NCBI GenBank assembly: GCA_008080945.1
Contig: VMDH01000017.1
Coordinates: 271-64,270, forward strand
Source: Gammaproteobacteria bacterium
Lineage (GTDB): Bacteria; Pseudomonadota; Gammaproteobacteria; Magnimaribacterales; D2472
Direction of reading: 5' to 3'
Length of the DNA: 64,000 nucleotides
This document shows positions 47,437-60,671 of this stretch, piece by piece; the first letter of the stretch is position 1, and each line of letters starts with the position of its first letter. A model generated the notes under the pieces. The model ran no database searches. It was not told where the DNA came from and was given only the letters and a program-made list of their open reading frames with translations. A program made the position numbers and the translations under genes.

Positions 47437-48212
47437 TGCTAGTTTTTATAGCTACTTCAATTTTTATTGTTGCTCTGTTTCCGATTATCTACTTTTTGAT
47501 CATCCGAGATCAAACAACTAAAGCGTTTCCTTTTGCAGTTTTTTTGATCATAATTTTTGCATCCTTTTTTTTGTACTTCAATAAAGGAACTGCAATAGGC
47601 TCTTTCTCAGAATATCTTGTCCTTACAGAAATCAATCAGGACATTGGTGCAAATACCGCGCTTTCACCAGTTTCACTTACTAATTCGTTTACTAATCTTA
47701 GCCAAGATGAGAAAGCCATATTTATTAATCAATTGTTTCAAGATGCGCTTCAACAAAATTCATTAGAATCAGCTGCAAGTTTGCTAGCATTTGCTAATAG
47801 TGTTTTGCAGGATGGAGAGTACCAATCAATTTTATTGTTGATGTATGCAGATTTACGAGATAAGCGTTTTCCAGAACTGTTACAAAAATTTATAGAAATT
47901 AAATCCTATAAGAATGACTGCAAGATTTCTAAGTTTTATGGAGCAGCATTTTTAACCAATGGCCCAAAGATTCCAATTTCTGAGAGCTCTTCTGAAGCCA
48001 GCATTTTTAGATTAACGCAAGATGATTATGTGGTGAGAGGATTTGATTTGGTATCGGCAACTCTCAATAATGAGAATATCACTTTGTCATTAGATTTAGT
48101 ATGTGGAGAAACAAGCTATTTCACTTCATTAGAAATTGCTGGAGACGAGCTTTTAGCTAATGATATCGTTTTAGAGATTGAAAATAATGCATGGTTAAAA
48201 AGGGAACAATAG
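47436..48212 (+). CDS. CcmI/CycH-like cytochrome c biogenesis protein (short)
   Basis: Two N-terminal TM helices, position after ccmH, beta-rich C-terminus. Assignment is mainly by synteny. Confidence 0.45.
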   Translation: MLVFIATSIFIVALFPIIYFLIIRDQTTKAFPFAVFLIIIFASFFLYFNKGTAIGSFSEYLVLTEINQDIGANTALSPVSLTNSFTNLSQDEKAIFINQLFQDALQQNSLESAASLLAFANSVLQDGEYQSILLLMYADLRDKRFPELLQKFIEIKSYKNDCKISKFYGAAFLTNGPKIPISESSSEASIFRLTQDDYVVRGFDLVSATLNNENITLSLDLVCGETSYFTSLEIAGDELLANDIVLEIENNAWLKREQ

Positions 48213-48235
48213 TTTAAAATATCCTTTTAGAAACC

Positions 48236-50419
48236 ATGCAATTAAAGCATATAAAACTTTCAGGTTTTAAAAGCTTCGTGGATCCCACGAGGATATCTTT
48301 CCCTTCAAATATGGTGGCTGTTGTTGGCCCTAATGGTTGTGGTAAATCTAACGTAATTGATGCTGTCAGATGGGTATTAGGAGAATTATCCGCTAAGAAT
48401 TTGCGTGGTGAATCCATGACAGATGTTATTTTTAATGGCACTGATTCTAGAAAGCCCTCTGGGCAATGCAGTGTTGAGTTACTTTTTGATAATTCGCTTG
48501 GCAAGCTTGGAGGCGAGTATGCAAAATTTAATGAAATTTCTGTAAAGCGCTCTATGACCAGAGATGGCCAGTCCAAGTATTCAATCAATAATACCAATTG
48601 CAGGAGAAAGGATATTCAAGATATCTTTCTTGGTACCGGGCTTGGCCCCAGAAGCTATGCCATCATTGAACAAGGCATGGTTAGCAAAATAGTTGGAGCA
48701 AGACCTGAAGAGCTAAGAGTTTATATAGAAGAGGCAGCTGGAACCTCTAAATATAAAGAGCGAAAAAAAGAGACTGAGCAAAAAATTAAAAGCACCAAAG
48801 AGAATTTATCGAGAGTTAATGATATTCGTGATGAGATCAAGAGGCTGATATCTAGACTAGAAAAACAATCTAAGCAAGCTCAGAAGTATCAAGAATTAAC
48901 TCAAGAAGAAAAACAACTTAAGCTAGATCTAGCAATTATTAATATGCTTGAGGCAAAATCAAAAAAAGATTCTATCGAAACTACCATCGTGGGCCTTGAA
49001 AGAGATATTGCCACTAAAAACTCTCAGGTCAGTACAACCCAAGCTAAGATTGATCAAATTAAATTAGAACACAAGGAAACCCTTGATGCTTTTGATGAAG
49101 CTCAAAAAGAATTCTATACGCATCAAGCCGAGATTGCTCGTTACGAAACTAAACTAGAAAATCAAAAAAAATCTGAGGCTTCATTAAAAGAAGAATCTTC
49201 TCAGCTCGCTCAACGAGAGAAGGAGATAAATCAAAAAGTAGTTGATTTTGAGGCTTTATCACCTAGAGAAAAAGCCATTCATCTCTTAGATAAGATTATT
49301 AATGGGATAGATAACCAGAACATTAAAAGTATAGCCATTCAGCTTCGCGAACTTCTTATAGAGATATTAAATATAGCCGAGTCTCAATCTGAAACTATTA
49401 AACAAGAAATAATTAATAGGAAAAATAAGAATCAATCGCAGTTATCAGAAATTGCTACACAAGCAGAAGAAACCTCGGAAAGGCTGTCTTCACTAGCCAT
49501 TTTAAAGGGTAGCTCAGAGGCAAAGCTTAACCAACTCAGAGCAGAGCAATCAAATGTTGATGAGCAAATAAGGACTCTAGAAGGATCTCGTGGGAATATC
49601 GCTCTGGATATAAAAGCATTGGAAGAAAAGCTTAATGATCAAAAATTAGAGCGAAGAACTTTTGAGGTAAATTTAGAGAATGCAAACCAGCTGCTGATTA
49701 AGAACAAAATTGATTTTGAGTCTATAAATCAGCATCAATATGCTGATATGAATAGCAGTGAGCTTGCTGATAATTTAGCATCCATACAATCTAAGATTAT
49801 TTCTATGGGAGCTATCAATCTTGCTGCGCCTGAAGAAATTGAAGCAGAATCCGCAAGATTGGAAGAGCTCAACGAGCAAACTAATGATCTTGAAGAGGCT
49901 CTTGAAAAACTACAGGTGGCAATTAAAAAGATTGATGCAGAATCTAAAGCAAAGTTTGAAACTAGTTTCAATGCAGTTAATGAGAAATTAAAAGAACTTT
50001 TTCCTATTTTATTTGGTGGCGGCAAGGCTGAATTGGTAATGGTAGACGCGAACCCCCTAGATTCAGGGATTGCTTTTATGGCAACTCCTCCAGGAAAGAA
50101 AAATTCTACAATTTCCCAACTATCCGGTGGTGAAAAAGCTTTAACAGCTTTGTCCTTAGTTTTTGCACTTTTTGAACTCAATCCAGCACCCTTTTGCATG
50201 CTTGATGAGGTTGATGCTCCACTGGATGATCTTAATACATTTAGATTTGTAGAAATGGTCGAAAAAATGTCATCAAGAGTCCAGTTTATTTTTATAACTC
50301 ATAATAAAATATCTATGGAAAAAAGTGATCACCTTATGGGAGTCACTATGCAAGAGGCAGGAGTTTCTAGATTAGTTTCAGTTAATGTAAGCGAAGCTCT
50401 AGAAATGGCTGCATCCTAA
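48236..50419 (+). CDS. smc: SMC-family chromosome segregation ATPase, unusually short (727 aa), no recognisable hinge
   Basis: N-head LSGFKSF..VVGPNGCGKSNVIDA. C-head LSGGEKALTALSLVFALF and FCMLDEVDAPLD. smc-zipA-ligA synteny. Confidence 0.85.
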   Translation: MQLKHIKLSGFKSFVDPTRISFPSNMVAVVGPNGCGKSNVIDAVRWVLGELSAKNLRGESMTDVIFNGTDSRKPSGQCSVELLFDNSLGKLGGEYAKFNEISVKRSMTRDGQSKYSINNTNCRRKDIQDIFLGTGLGPRSYAIIEQGMVSKIVGARPEELRVYIEEAAGTSKYKERKKETEQKIKSTKENLSRVNDIRDEIKRLISRLEKQSKQAQKYQELTQEEKQLKLDLAIINMLEAKSKKDSIETTIVGLERDIATKNSQVSTTQAKIDQIKLEHKETLDAFDEAQKEFYTHQAEIARYETKLENQKKSEASLKEESSQLAQREKEINQKVVDFEALSPREKAIHLLDKIINGIDNQNIKSIAIQLRELLIEILNIAESQSETIKQEIINRKNKNQSQLSEIATQAEETSERLSSLAILKGSSEAKLNQLRAEQSNVDEQIRTLEGSRGNIALDIKALEEKLNDQKLERRTFEVNLENANQLLIKNKIDFESINQHQYADMNSSELADNLASIQSKIISMGAINLAAPEEIEAESARLEELNEQTNDLEEALEKLQVAIKKIDAESKAKFETSFNAVNEKLKELFPILFGGGKAELVMVDANPLDSGIAFMATPPGKKNSTISQLSGGEKALTALSLVFALFELNPAPFCMLDEVDAPLDDLNTFRFVEMVEKMSSRVQFIFITHNKISMEKSDHLMGVTMQEAGVSRLVSVNVSEALEMAAS

Positions 50420-50420
50420 G

Positions 50421-51026
50421 ATGCAAATTCTTTCCAATACTCAAATCTACCTTATTGCTTTGGCAATAGGTTTGTTTGCATTAGTGCTAGGTTTTTTTGC
50501 AAGAAAGACTTACAAAAAATATACCAACATTCAATCAGTCAAAGAAAAAAAGTCCAATCTTGATGAAGCTACGCAGGGTTCTTTGCTTGTAGATGAGGAA
50601 AAGGTTACTCCTATTTCTCAAGAATTAATAATCTTTAATATCTGTGCAGTTGATGGATCAATGTTTAATCCAGAACAACTGATGACGTTATTAAAGAATC
50701 TTGGTGGCAAGCTAACCGAAGGTTTTTTTATTTTTACAGATGAAGGGGGAAATGAATTATTCAGAGTCGCTAATGCTAAAAAACCTGGAACACTGGATCT
50801 AGAAACCCTTACCGACGTTATAGTTCTGGCTACCGATCTAAATAGAGCCTTTAATCCTGTTATTTCATTTGATGCTCTTGTAGATGCTGCTAACACCCTC
50901 ACTTCTAAGCTAGAGGGAGTCTTGTGTGATAGTGCTAGGTCTCCAATCTCTAAACAAATGATGATCCACTTAAGATCAAAAGCTCAAAATTTATCCATAG
51001 ATCGTAAACTTACTAATAGTTTGTAG
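50421..51026 (+). CDS. zipA: cell division protein ZipA (short, 201 aa)
   Basis: N-terminal TM anchor. The C-terminal domain LFRVANAKKPGTLD.. parallels E. coli ZipA LFSLANMVKPGSFD. Synteny with ligA. Confidence 0.75.
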   Translation: MQILSNTQIYLIALAIGLFALVLGFFARKTYKKYTNIQSVKEKKSNLDEATQGSLLVDEEKVTPISQELIIFNICAVDGSMFNPEQLMTLLKNLGGKLTEGFFIFTDEGGNELFRVANAKKPGTLDLETLTDVIVLATDLNRAFNPVISFDALVDAANTLTSKLEGVLCDSARSPISKQMMIHLRSKAQNLSIDRKLTNSL

Positions 51027-53747
<2,721 letters not shown>

Positions 53748-53751
<4 letters not shown>

Positions 53752-56585
53752 AATTTCTTAATTGTTAAGTCTAGAGCTTTCATCTCAGGTAAAAACTTTT
53801 CTCCGCCAATAGCTGAGATTGAATAGTGCTTATCTAATATATCTAAACCTGCATCAATTACGTCGTTTAGTTTTGCATCGATGATTTTCTTTCTGTATTG
53901 ATTTCTTTCCCTGGCTGATGTTTTAGAGTATCGCTCAATGAAGTCGCTTTTTGCAGAGCCTAAGGGGGTCAGGGGCTTATCTATAGCAGACACAACATTG
54001 AGTACCGCTTCTTCCAAATGTCTCTTTTTAGCATTATTTTTCAACCAATCCTTTGCTGCAAGGAATGTTTCCAAAGTATTCGAACAATAGGGATCCCTAT
54101 AGGAAAAGAACCTAAAGGTTTCAGTATTGGTATCGTGTTGAGCTCCTGCACCATAGGCTCCACCTTTTTCTCTAATTTCAGTGTGTAGAAAACCATTTCT
54201 TAACATAGCTGCAACTAGGGCTAAGTTAGAAGCATTTTTATGTTGAAGAGAAACTCCTTTGAATGCCAATGCGTTATAACAAATTTGTGAATTTATAATC
54301 CAACCGTTTTTATCTTGGGATTTTAATAATCCCTGTTGATTAAACTTTATCTGTTGAGCAATTTTTTCTTTATTTATCGATAAGAAAGATTCAATACTTG
54401 AACCTGCTCTGAAAATTCCTTGAGGAGTTTTTGAGATATTTTTTGATATTGCTTTTAAATGTCTTATAGCTTCATTCATGCCATGATCATCAGCAAGCAA
54501 GTCTTTAAAGTTTTTAAGTGCCGAAATTCCGTGCAAGTTTTCTTGTGCCCAAGCGAAAGGATTTAATCCTGCTGCAGCTGAGCTCATTGCCATAATGTGA
54601 CCACTTTGATTAAGATGCTCTTCCTCTCTAAGCAAATAAAGCTGCAAAAGATTCGCAATTCTTTCTTTTTCAGAGAACTTGGCTTGTGCAATAGTTTCAT
54701 TTATTAGCTTAATTGTTTTTGGAGTATTTTCAGGAAGCATCTTGGTGGATAAAGATAATGCCAAATTAAACTTTGAGGAGTTAGATTTATCTTTTAAAGT
54801 AGAAACTGATGCATCTAAGCCTGAGCATATTTCAGCTTGAAAAGCTTGAGCTCTTTCAGCGCTCTTTCTTCCATATCCTATGTTGGTAATTAAATAGGCA
54901 AGAGGATTTGCTAAATAGTAGTGTTCCTGAGAGAGTTTATTTAGGCCAAAGTAATAATTTACATAGTTAAGATTATTAGAAGCAATCTTATAGATTTCTT
55001 TATCTTTAAGAACTTTCCTAGAAACTTTCTTATTTACCTTCTTAGGTATATCGCGCTTGGTAACTTTAGGTAATAGCTCAGGGTCAGAGAATTCAGATTG
55101 ACGTTTATTGAGTTGTTCGGATAATTTTTTGATTTTTTTATTTTCTGCTGCACTGAGATTTTTTGATTTTGATTGAGCTAGCTTTGTTAGAGATTGCTCC
55201 AGCTTAAAGTTAAACCTTTCATCAGGTTCCAAGATAAAATCAATTCTGTGGGAGTTGTCGATAAGATGTTCTTTTACAAGGTTTTCAATATAACCAGGCT
55301 TCTTTAGGTTTTGTTTAAGTTGAGTAATATTATTTTCAAGATCAAGCATGTCTAGAGGATTTTCAAAATGAATTGCAGCATTTATACATGATAAGAAAAT
55401 TTGTAACCCTATAGGCATTCCGCCACCATTTACCTCTCGTTTGCTAAGTTCTAATTGATGAATAGCATTGCGAATAGAAGTTTTGTTTATTCCCTGAGAT
55501 GCAATCAGGCTAATTTCTGAATGCAAAGCTTTTAACGCTTTTTGAGTATGTTTTTTGCTTACCCCTTCAAAGCCTGCAGTAAATACTATTTCTTTGTTAC
55601 TGGGCTCAAGACCCAAGAGAGGGGTTGGAGCTTTAGCAAACTTATAATTTTCTAAAAATTTTCGTAGGGGAGAGGATGAATTATCTATCAAGATATTTAT
55701 CATCAAATATTTTTCTAAAAGATTATAGGAATCATGGCTGTGGCCAAGTAACCAGCTTGATGTTACGTGATGGGAATCTGATTCTCCGTTACCTGGTTGA
55801 TACTTTGCTTTGTTTAGTTGTGGTTTAGAGAGCTTAACCACATCATCAACAATAAACTTTTTCGTTGACGGCTTATGTTTACTAAATACTTTGTTTTCAA
55901 GATAGTCATGAATTTTATCAACCTTCATGTCTCCAAAGGTGAAAAAAATCGCATTGCTAGGATGGTAATGAGTTCTATGAAATTCCTTAAGATCCGCATG
56001 GGTTAGATGAAGGATATCTTTTGGATCGCCTCCACTATTGTTTTCATATGTGGTGCCTTTAAAGAGATGCTTGCTAATTCCATGCCAAAGCTGATCAGTG
56101 GCTCCGCTCATGGCTCCCTTCATCTCATTAAAGACTACTCCCTTAAAGTTACCCTTACCATCTTCATCAATTTCAAGTCTATGACCTTCTTGTAAAAAAT
56201 CTAATTTATTCAAATTAGGATAGAAAGCTGAATCAACATAAACATCAAGCAGGTTTTTAAAATCTTTTTCATTTTGAGTTGCAAAAGGATAAGCAGTCCA
56301 GTCGGTTGAAGTAAATGCATTCATGAACGAATTGATTGATCGTCGCAACATCATAAAAAAGGGATCGCGCACAGGATAATTTTTAGATCCGCACAAGGCA
56401 GTATGTTCTAAGATATGCGCTACTCCTGTTGAATCTGATGGTACGGTTCTAAATGCAACCATAAAAACTTTTTCATTATTCTTTGATTCAAAGTGAAGGT
56501 GCGCACTTCCAAACTTTTTATGCTGGTAATGCTTAGCATTAACTTCAAGGGAATCTATGTGACGCTTTTCTATTAATTCAAACAT
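53748..56585 (-). CDS. M16 (pitrilysin/insulinase) family Zn metallopeptidase, PreP-like long form
   Basis: Inverted zinc motif HILEHTALCGS (HxxEH) near the N-terminus. 945 aa, four-domain length. Confidence 0.85.
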
Positions 56586-56647
56586 AATTTATACTTACCG
56601 TTATTGAAAATAATGAGGACTGTATAGTACTCTATCAACATATAAAA

Positions 56648-57166
56648 ATGACCAATCAAATTAAAATAATCATAAGTTTTGCTTTGCTATTTACAGTAGC
56701 CTCCTGCAATACAACTCCATATCTTGATGTAAATGCTCGAGACAGTTTTGTCTTGATTGATGGTGCAAGCTTTACAGTTGTAACTAATAAGAGTGATTTG
56801 CCGGCAAATATTGACCCCATTTCAGTTGAATTAGCTGCTGAGGAGGCTAGTAGGTACTTTGCAGCAATGGGATTTGTTGAAAGCAAACAAAATAATCGAT
56901 ATACCTTGGAACTAACTGTATCAACCAAGGACAAATTAAGATTTGACGATTATAGGTATCGTTCTTATTACGGCTGGGGAAGACCGTATGATATTGATAG
57001 GGTAACATCTGTTCCTGAGTATTTTTTAAGAATCTCAGTAATTGATGAAGAGGGTTCTAAGACGCTCTGGACAGGTTTGACTAAATGGCGTGGAAGGTCT
57101 CTAAGTGGCAGCGTCAATTTAGATGATATTAAAGAATCAGTAGCCTATATTCTTGATCAGCTCTAA
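56648..57166 (+). CDS. lipoprotein (DUF4136-like)
   Basis: Lipobox TVASC; about 170 aa. The family call is tentative. Confidence 0.45.
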   Translation: MTNQIKIIISFALLFTVASCNTTPYLDVNARDSFVLIDGASFTVVTNKSDLPANIDPISVELAAEEASRYFAAMGFVESKQNNRYTLELTVSTKDKLRFDDYRYRSYYGWGRPYDIDRVTSVPEYFLRISVIDEEGSKTLWTGLTKWRGRSLSGSVNLDDIKESVAYILDQL

Positions 57167-57169
57167 GCT

Positions 57170-58948
57170 CTAAACTTCCAAATTTTCTAGCACCTCATCA
57201 TCTACAGGTATAAACCCACCTCTAATTTGATTGGCGACAACTTCTCCGCATAAAAAACTCGAAGAAAACCCTCTAGAGCCAAGTGCCCCAACAGCATATA
57301 AGCAGTGATTTTGGGAGATTTTTGCTGCAATAGGGAATTTATTACTTCTTGAAACTCTCTCTGAGGCTCGTACCAAGATTTCCTCATCAGGTATTTCATC
57401 TGATTTAAGGAACATTTTTTGAGCATTTAGAATTTTATATATTTGTTTACTAGAAATTTCTAAATCCCTATATTCATGCTCATATGTAGATCCCATCCAA
57501 ATATAATCGTTTAATGGGGGCAAAATATATCCTTGATGATGAATAGGTTGCGAAATTTTACGAACATACTTTTTTGGTATCCCAATAATATGTCCTTTGG
57601 AAACTTGAAGCCCTTCGATCCATTGCTGCAGGCCGCTCCCTATTGCTAATATCACTGCATCATATTCATAGCTTTTGCCATTAGCAAAGGAGAGAGTAGC
57701 AAGATTTGAATTATGCTTTATTGAAATAAGATCATGATTGAAATGAATTTTAGAAGGAGAATTTTTAAAAATTCTTTCAGTTAATTTTCTAGGTTCTAAA
57801 TAAGCTCCTTTGAGAAAGTCTGTTTGCGCTAGCACACCTCCCTGGATAGAAGCACTATTTTGTGCAACTTCTTTAAAAAGAGGAAATGAATCATTGGCAC
57901 CTACTCTCTCAATCCATTTAGCAGTTCTTTCATTCATTCCAAAAAACCTAGCTTTAGATGGATAAAATGATTCACTGAACTGAAGCATTTGTTGGTAGGC
58001 AAAGAAATAGCTTTGAACGAGAAATCTGTTCATAGCTGAATTATTAAATTGGAACTTTGGATACATCGCGGCAGCATGATTTCCTGATGCACCAGAATGC
58101 AAATGAGAATTTTTTTCAAATACATCGCAACTTATTCTTAACTTAGTAAAAGCATGAACCACCCCCGCAGCAGCAATACCACTCCCTATAACAGCAATTT
58201 TTCTTGGCAAAGGAGTGTTTGAAATATCATCTTTTGAGTTGAGCGAGCCCACAAGTTTGTGTCTTTTTTTAAATCCACTAACTTTTTGGTAGCCAATCTG
58301 ATTCTCATTTAAAGATTTCTTTAATAGACCTGAGGATGTATATGTTCCAAAGGTTGCATTATTTTTTGAACATTTATTTATGTTTTCAATTACCTTAGAT
58401 GTCCACATTTCTGGGTTTTGCTTGGGATCAAAGCCATCTAAAAACCAGGCATCAAATTTTCCAAAATTATGTTGTATCAACTTAAATGCGTCTTGGATAT
58501 CAGCATTTATGATGGTGAGAGCAGCATTAAATTCTGCTAAATGAATTTTTATAATGCCATTGTGTATTGGGTGATAGTGTTTTAAAAATATCTGACTGAT
58601 TTCTTCAAGCTCTGGAAAAAGTGAGGCTGCTTTCCTAATTTGTTTCACAGTAGGTAAAAACTTTTCTACTGACACAAAATCTAAGTAATTTAATGATTTT
58701 TTATTATGTTCTTTGAAAACTTTTAGTGTATAGAGAAAGCTTATTCCCAAACCAAAACCTAATTCACCAACTAGAGTAAATTTTTGGGATTTAAACTTTT
58801 CTCTTAAACTATTTGGCTCTATAAAAACATTCTCTATTTCTTCAAGAGCTGAATCTTGAAAATAACGATCATTAAATACCTTTGAGAAAGGTTTTTTATT
58901 TTTCCATTTTATTTCTTGATGACTTACTAGAAAGGGATTTTCAAACAC
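57170..58948 (-). CDS. mnmC: bifunctional tRNA (mnm5s2U34) methyltransferase / FAD-dependent cmnm5s2U34 oxidoreductase
   Basis: N-terminal MTase domain (FDAWFLDGF) and C-terminal DAO-type FAD domain (IAVIGSGIAAAG). Confidence 0.85.
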   Translation of the reverse strand: MFENPFLVSHQEIKWKNKKPFSKVFNDRYFQDSALEEIENVFIEPNSLREKFKSQKFTLVGELGFGLGISFLYTLKVFKEHNKKSLNYLDFVSVEKFLPTVKQIRKAASLFPELEEISQIFLKHYHPIHNGIIKIHLAEFNAALTIINADIQDAFKLIQHNFGKFDAWFLDGFDPKQNPEMWTSKVIENINKCSKNNATFGTYTSSGLLKKSLNENQIGYQKVSGFKKRHKLVGSLNSKDDISNTPLPRKIAVIGSGIAAAGVVHAFTKLRISCDVFEKNSHLHSGASGNHAAAMYPKFQFNNSAMNRFLVQSYFFAYQQMLQFSESFYPSKARFFGMNERTAKWIERVGANDSFPLFKEVAQNSASIQGGVLAQTDFLKGAYLEPRKLTERIFKNSPSKIHFNHDLISIKHNSNLATLSFANGKSYEYDAVILAIGSGLQQWIEGLQVSKGHIIGIPKKYVRKISQPIHHQGYILPPLNDYIWMGSTYEHEYRDLEISSKQIYKILNAQKMFLKSDEIPDEEILVRASERVSRSNKFPIAAKISQNHCLYAVGALGSRGFSSSFLCGEVVANQIRGGFIPVDDEVLENLEV

Positions 58949-58961
58949 TTTAAGATACGGT

Positions 58962-60671
58962 ATGCAAATTTATTCTAAATATATTTCTTTTATTTTAATT
59001 CTTTTTTTTGTGAGCTGCTCTTCCGAAGAGGAGTCTATAAAACCTATTCCAGATATATCAAAAGTTCAAAAGTTATTTCAGCATACTGCGGAGTTTGATC
59101 AAAAAATTATCAGTTATTCAGGAGGTATTCATTTAGCAATTGGCTTTGGGATAGCAAATGCTTATATGATCGAAGGAGAGGGAGGCAATATTATCATTGA
59201 TACTACAGATAGCACCTTCCAAGCAGAAAAAGTATTAGCCGAATTTCAAAAGATTAGCAATCAACCTATTGCGGCAATTATTTATACCCATAATCATGGC
59301 GATCATGTTTTTGGGGCTAAAACCTTTTTTAATTCTCAGCAAGAACCTCCCATTGTCATAGCTCATGACACTATGCACAAAAATGTTGAGAAGATTGTCG
59401 GCCTTATCAATCCAATCATAAGTGACAGAAGCTCAAAAATGTTTGGCACCCAGTTGGGAGAAGAATTAGTCAATGTTGGAATAGGTCCCTATTTGAGTGT
59501 TGGCATGTCTGCACCTGGCTACGTTAAGCCTTCGTTAACTTTTAGCAAAGATCTTCAGGTTGAAATTGCTGGTATATCGTTAGAGCTATTTCATGCTCCG
59601 GGAGAGACAGATGATCAATTAGCTGTATGGATTCCATCCAAATCTGCAATCTTTGTTGGAGATAATTTATACAAAACTTTTCCTAACCTTTACACAATCA
59701 GAGGAACCTCGCATAGGGATGTAAAGAAATGGAGTCAGTCAGTTAGAAAAATTCAGAGCTACCAAGCTAATTATCTGTTTCCTAGCCATACTCTACCCAT
59801 CATCGGTAAAGATAAGGTTCTAGAAATTACACGTCTTTATGCCGATGGCATTCAATACGTCCATGATCAAACCGTGCGCCTTATAAACCAAGGATTATCT
59901 CCTCAGGAAATAGAGGACAATCTTGAATTTCCTGAAATTTTTATTAATTCTCCATATTTTTATGAATTTTATGGGACCGTTAGATGGTCTATTCGTAGTA
60001 TTTTTAACGGTTATTTAGGTTGGTTTGATGGCAATATAGCAACCCTTGATCCATTAAGCTCAATTCAAAGAGCAAATAAAATATCCGGCCTGGTTGGAGG
60101 TCCTCAAAATCTTTTAGCTGCAATGCAACAAGCTGTTCAACAAGAAGATTACCAATGGGCTCTTGAATTGAGCGATCTTTTATTAACATTGGAATTTAAT
60201 ACAAAACAAGTCAAGGCACTTCGTGCAGAAGCGGCATCTAATCTTGCTCAAATTGAATCCAACCCCAATAAAAGGAATTATTTACTTTCTGCAGCAATGG
60301 ATTTAAAGGGTGAATTCACCGATGCCAGCAAGCTAGTTCAAAGAAGTCCTGATATCTTAGAGGAACTAGATCTAGAGATGTTTATTTCTGTATTGCAGGT
60401 TAATTTAAACCCTCAAAAACTATCCCCCTCAGAAAAGATATCTCTTTGTATCGAGTTTACTAATGGTGAATCACTCAACTTGCTTGTTGAGAATTTTGTG
60501 CTTAAAGAAGGCGACAACAATTACTGCTCAAGCAAGATTAAACTCTCTGAAGCAAACTTTAAAAAATTACTCTCTGGTGCGATTAATCCGATCATATTTT
60601 TTGCAAGCGATGAGGTAGAGACTGACAGGGCATCAGAGGCGCTTCAGTTTTTATCGCTGTTTAGGAATTAA
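58962..60671 (+). CDS. alkyl/aryl-sulfatase, MBL fold with SCP2-like C-terminal domain (SdsA1/BDS1 type); lipoprotein
   Basis: Lipobox FFVSC. YTHNHGDHVFG metal motif. Central dimerisation region (..DYQWALELSDLLL) and a hydrophobic-ligand-type C-terminal domain. Confidence 0.75.
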   Translation: MQIYSKYISFILILFFVSCSSEEESIKPIPDISKVQKLFQHTAEFDQKIISYSGGIHLAIGFGIANAYMIEGEGGNIIIDTTDSTFQAEKVLAEFQKISNQPIAAIIYTHNHGDHVFGAKTFFNSQQEPPIVIAHDTMHKNVEKIVGLINPIISDRSSKMFGTQLGEELVNVGIGPYLSVGMSAPGYVKPSLTFSKDLQVEIAGISLELFHAPGETDDQLAVWIPSKSAIFVGDNLYKTFPNLYTIRGTSHRDVKKWSQSVRKIQSYQANYLFPSHTLPIIGKDKVLEITRLYADGIQYVHDQTVRLINQGLSPQEIEDNLEFPEIFINSPYFYEFYGTVRWSIRSIFNGYLGWFDGNIATLDPLSSIQRANKISGLVGGPQNLLAAMQQAVQQEDYQWALELSDLLLTLEFNTKQVKALRAEAASNLAQIESNPNKRNYLLSAAMDLKGEFTDASKLVQRSPDILEELDLEMFISVLQVNLNPQKLSPSEKISLCIEFTNGESLNLLVENFVLKEGDNNYCSSKIKLSEANFKKLLSGAINPIIFFASDEVETDRASEALQFLSLFRN

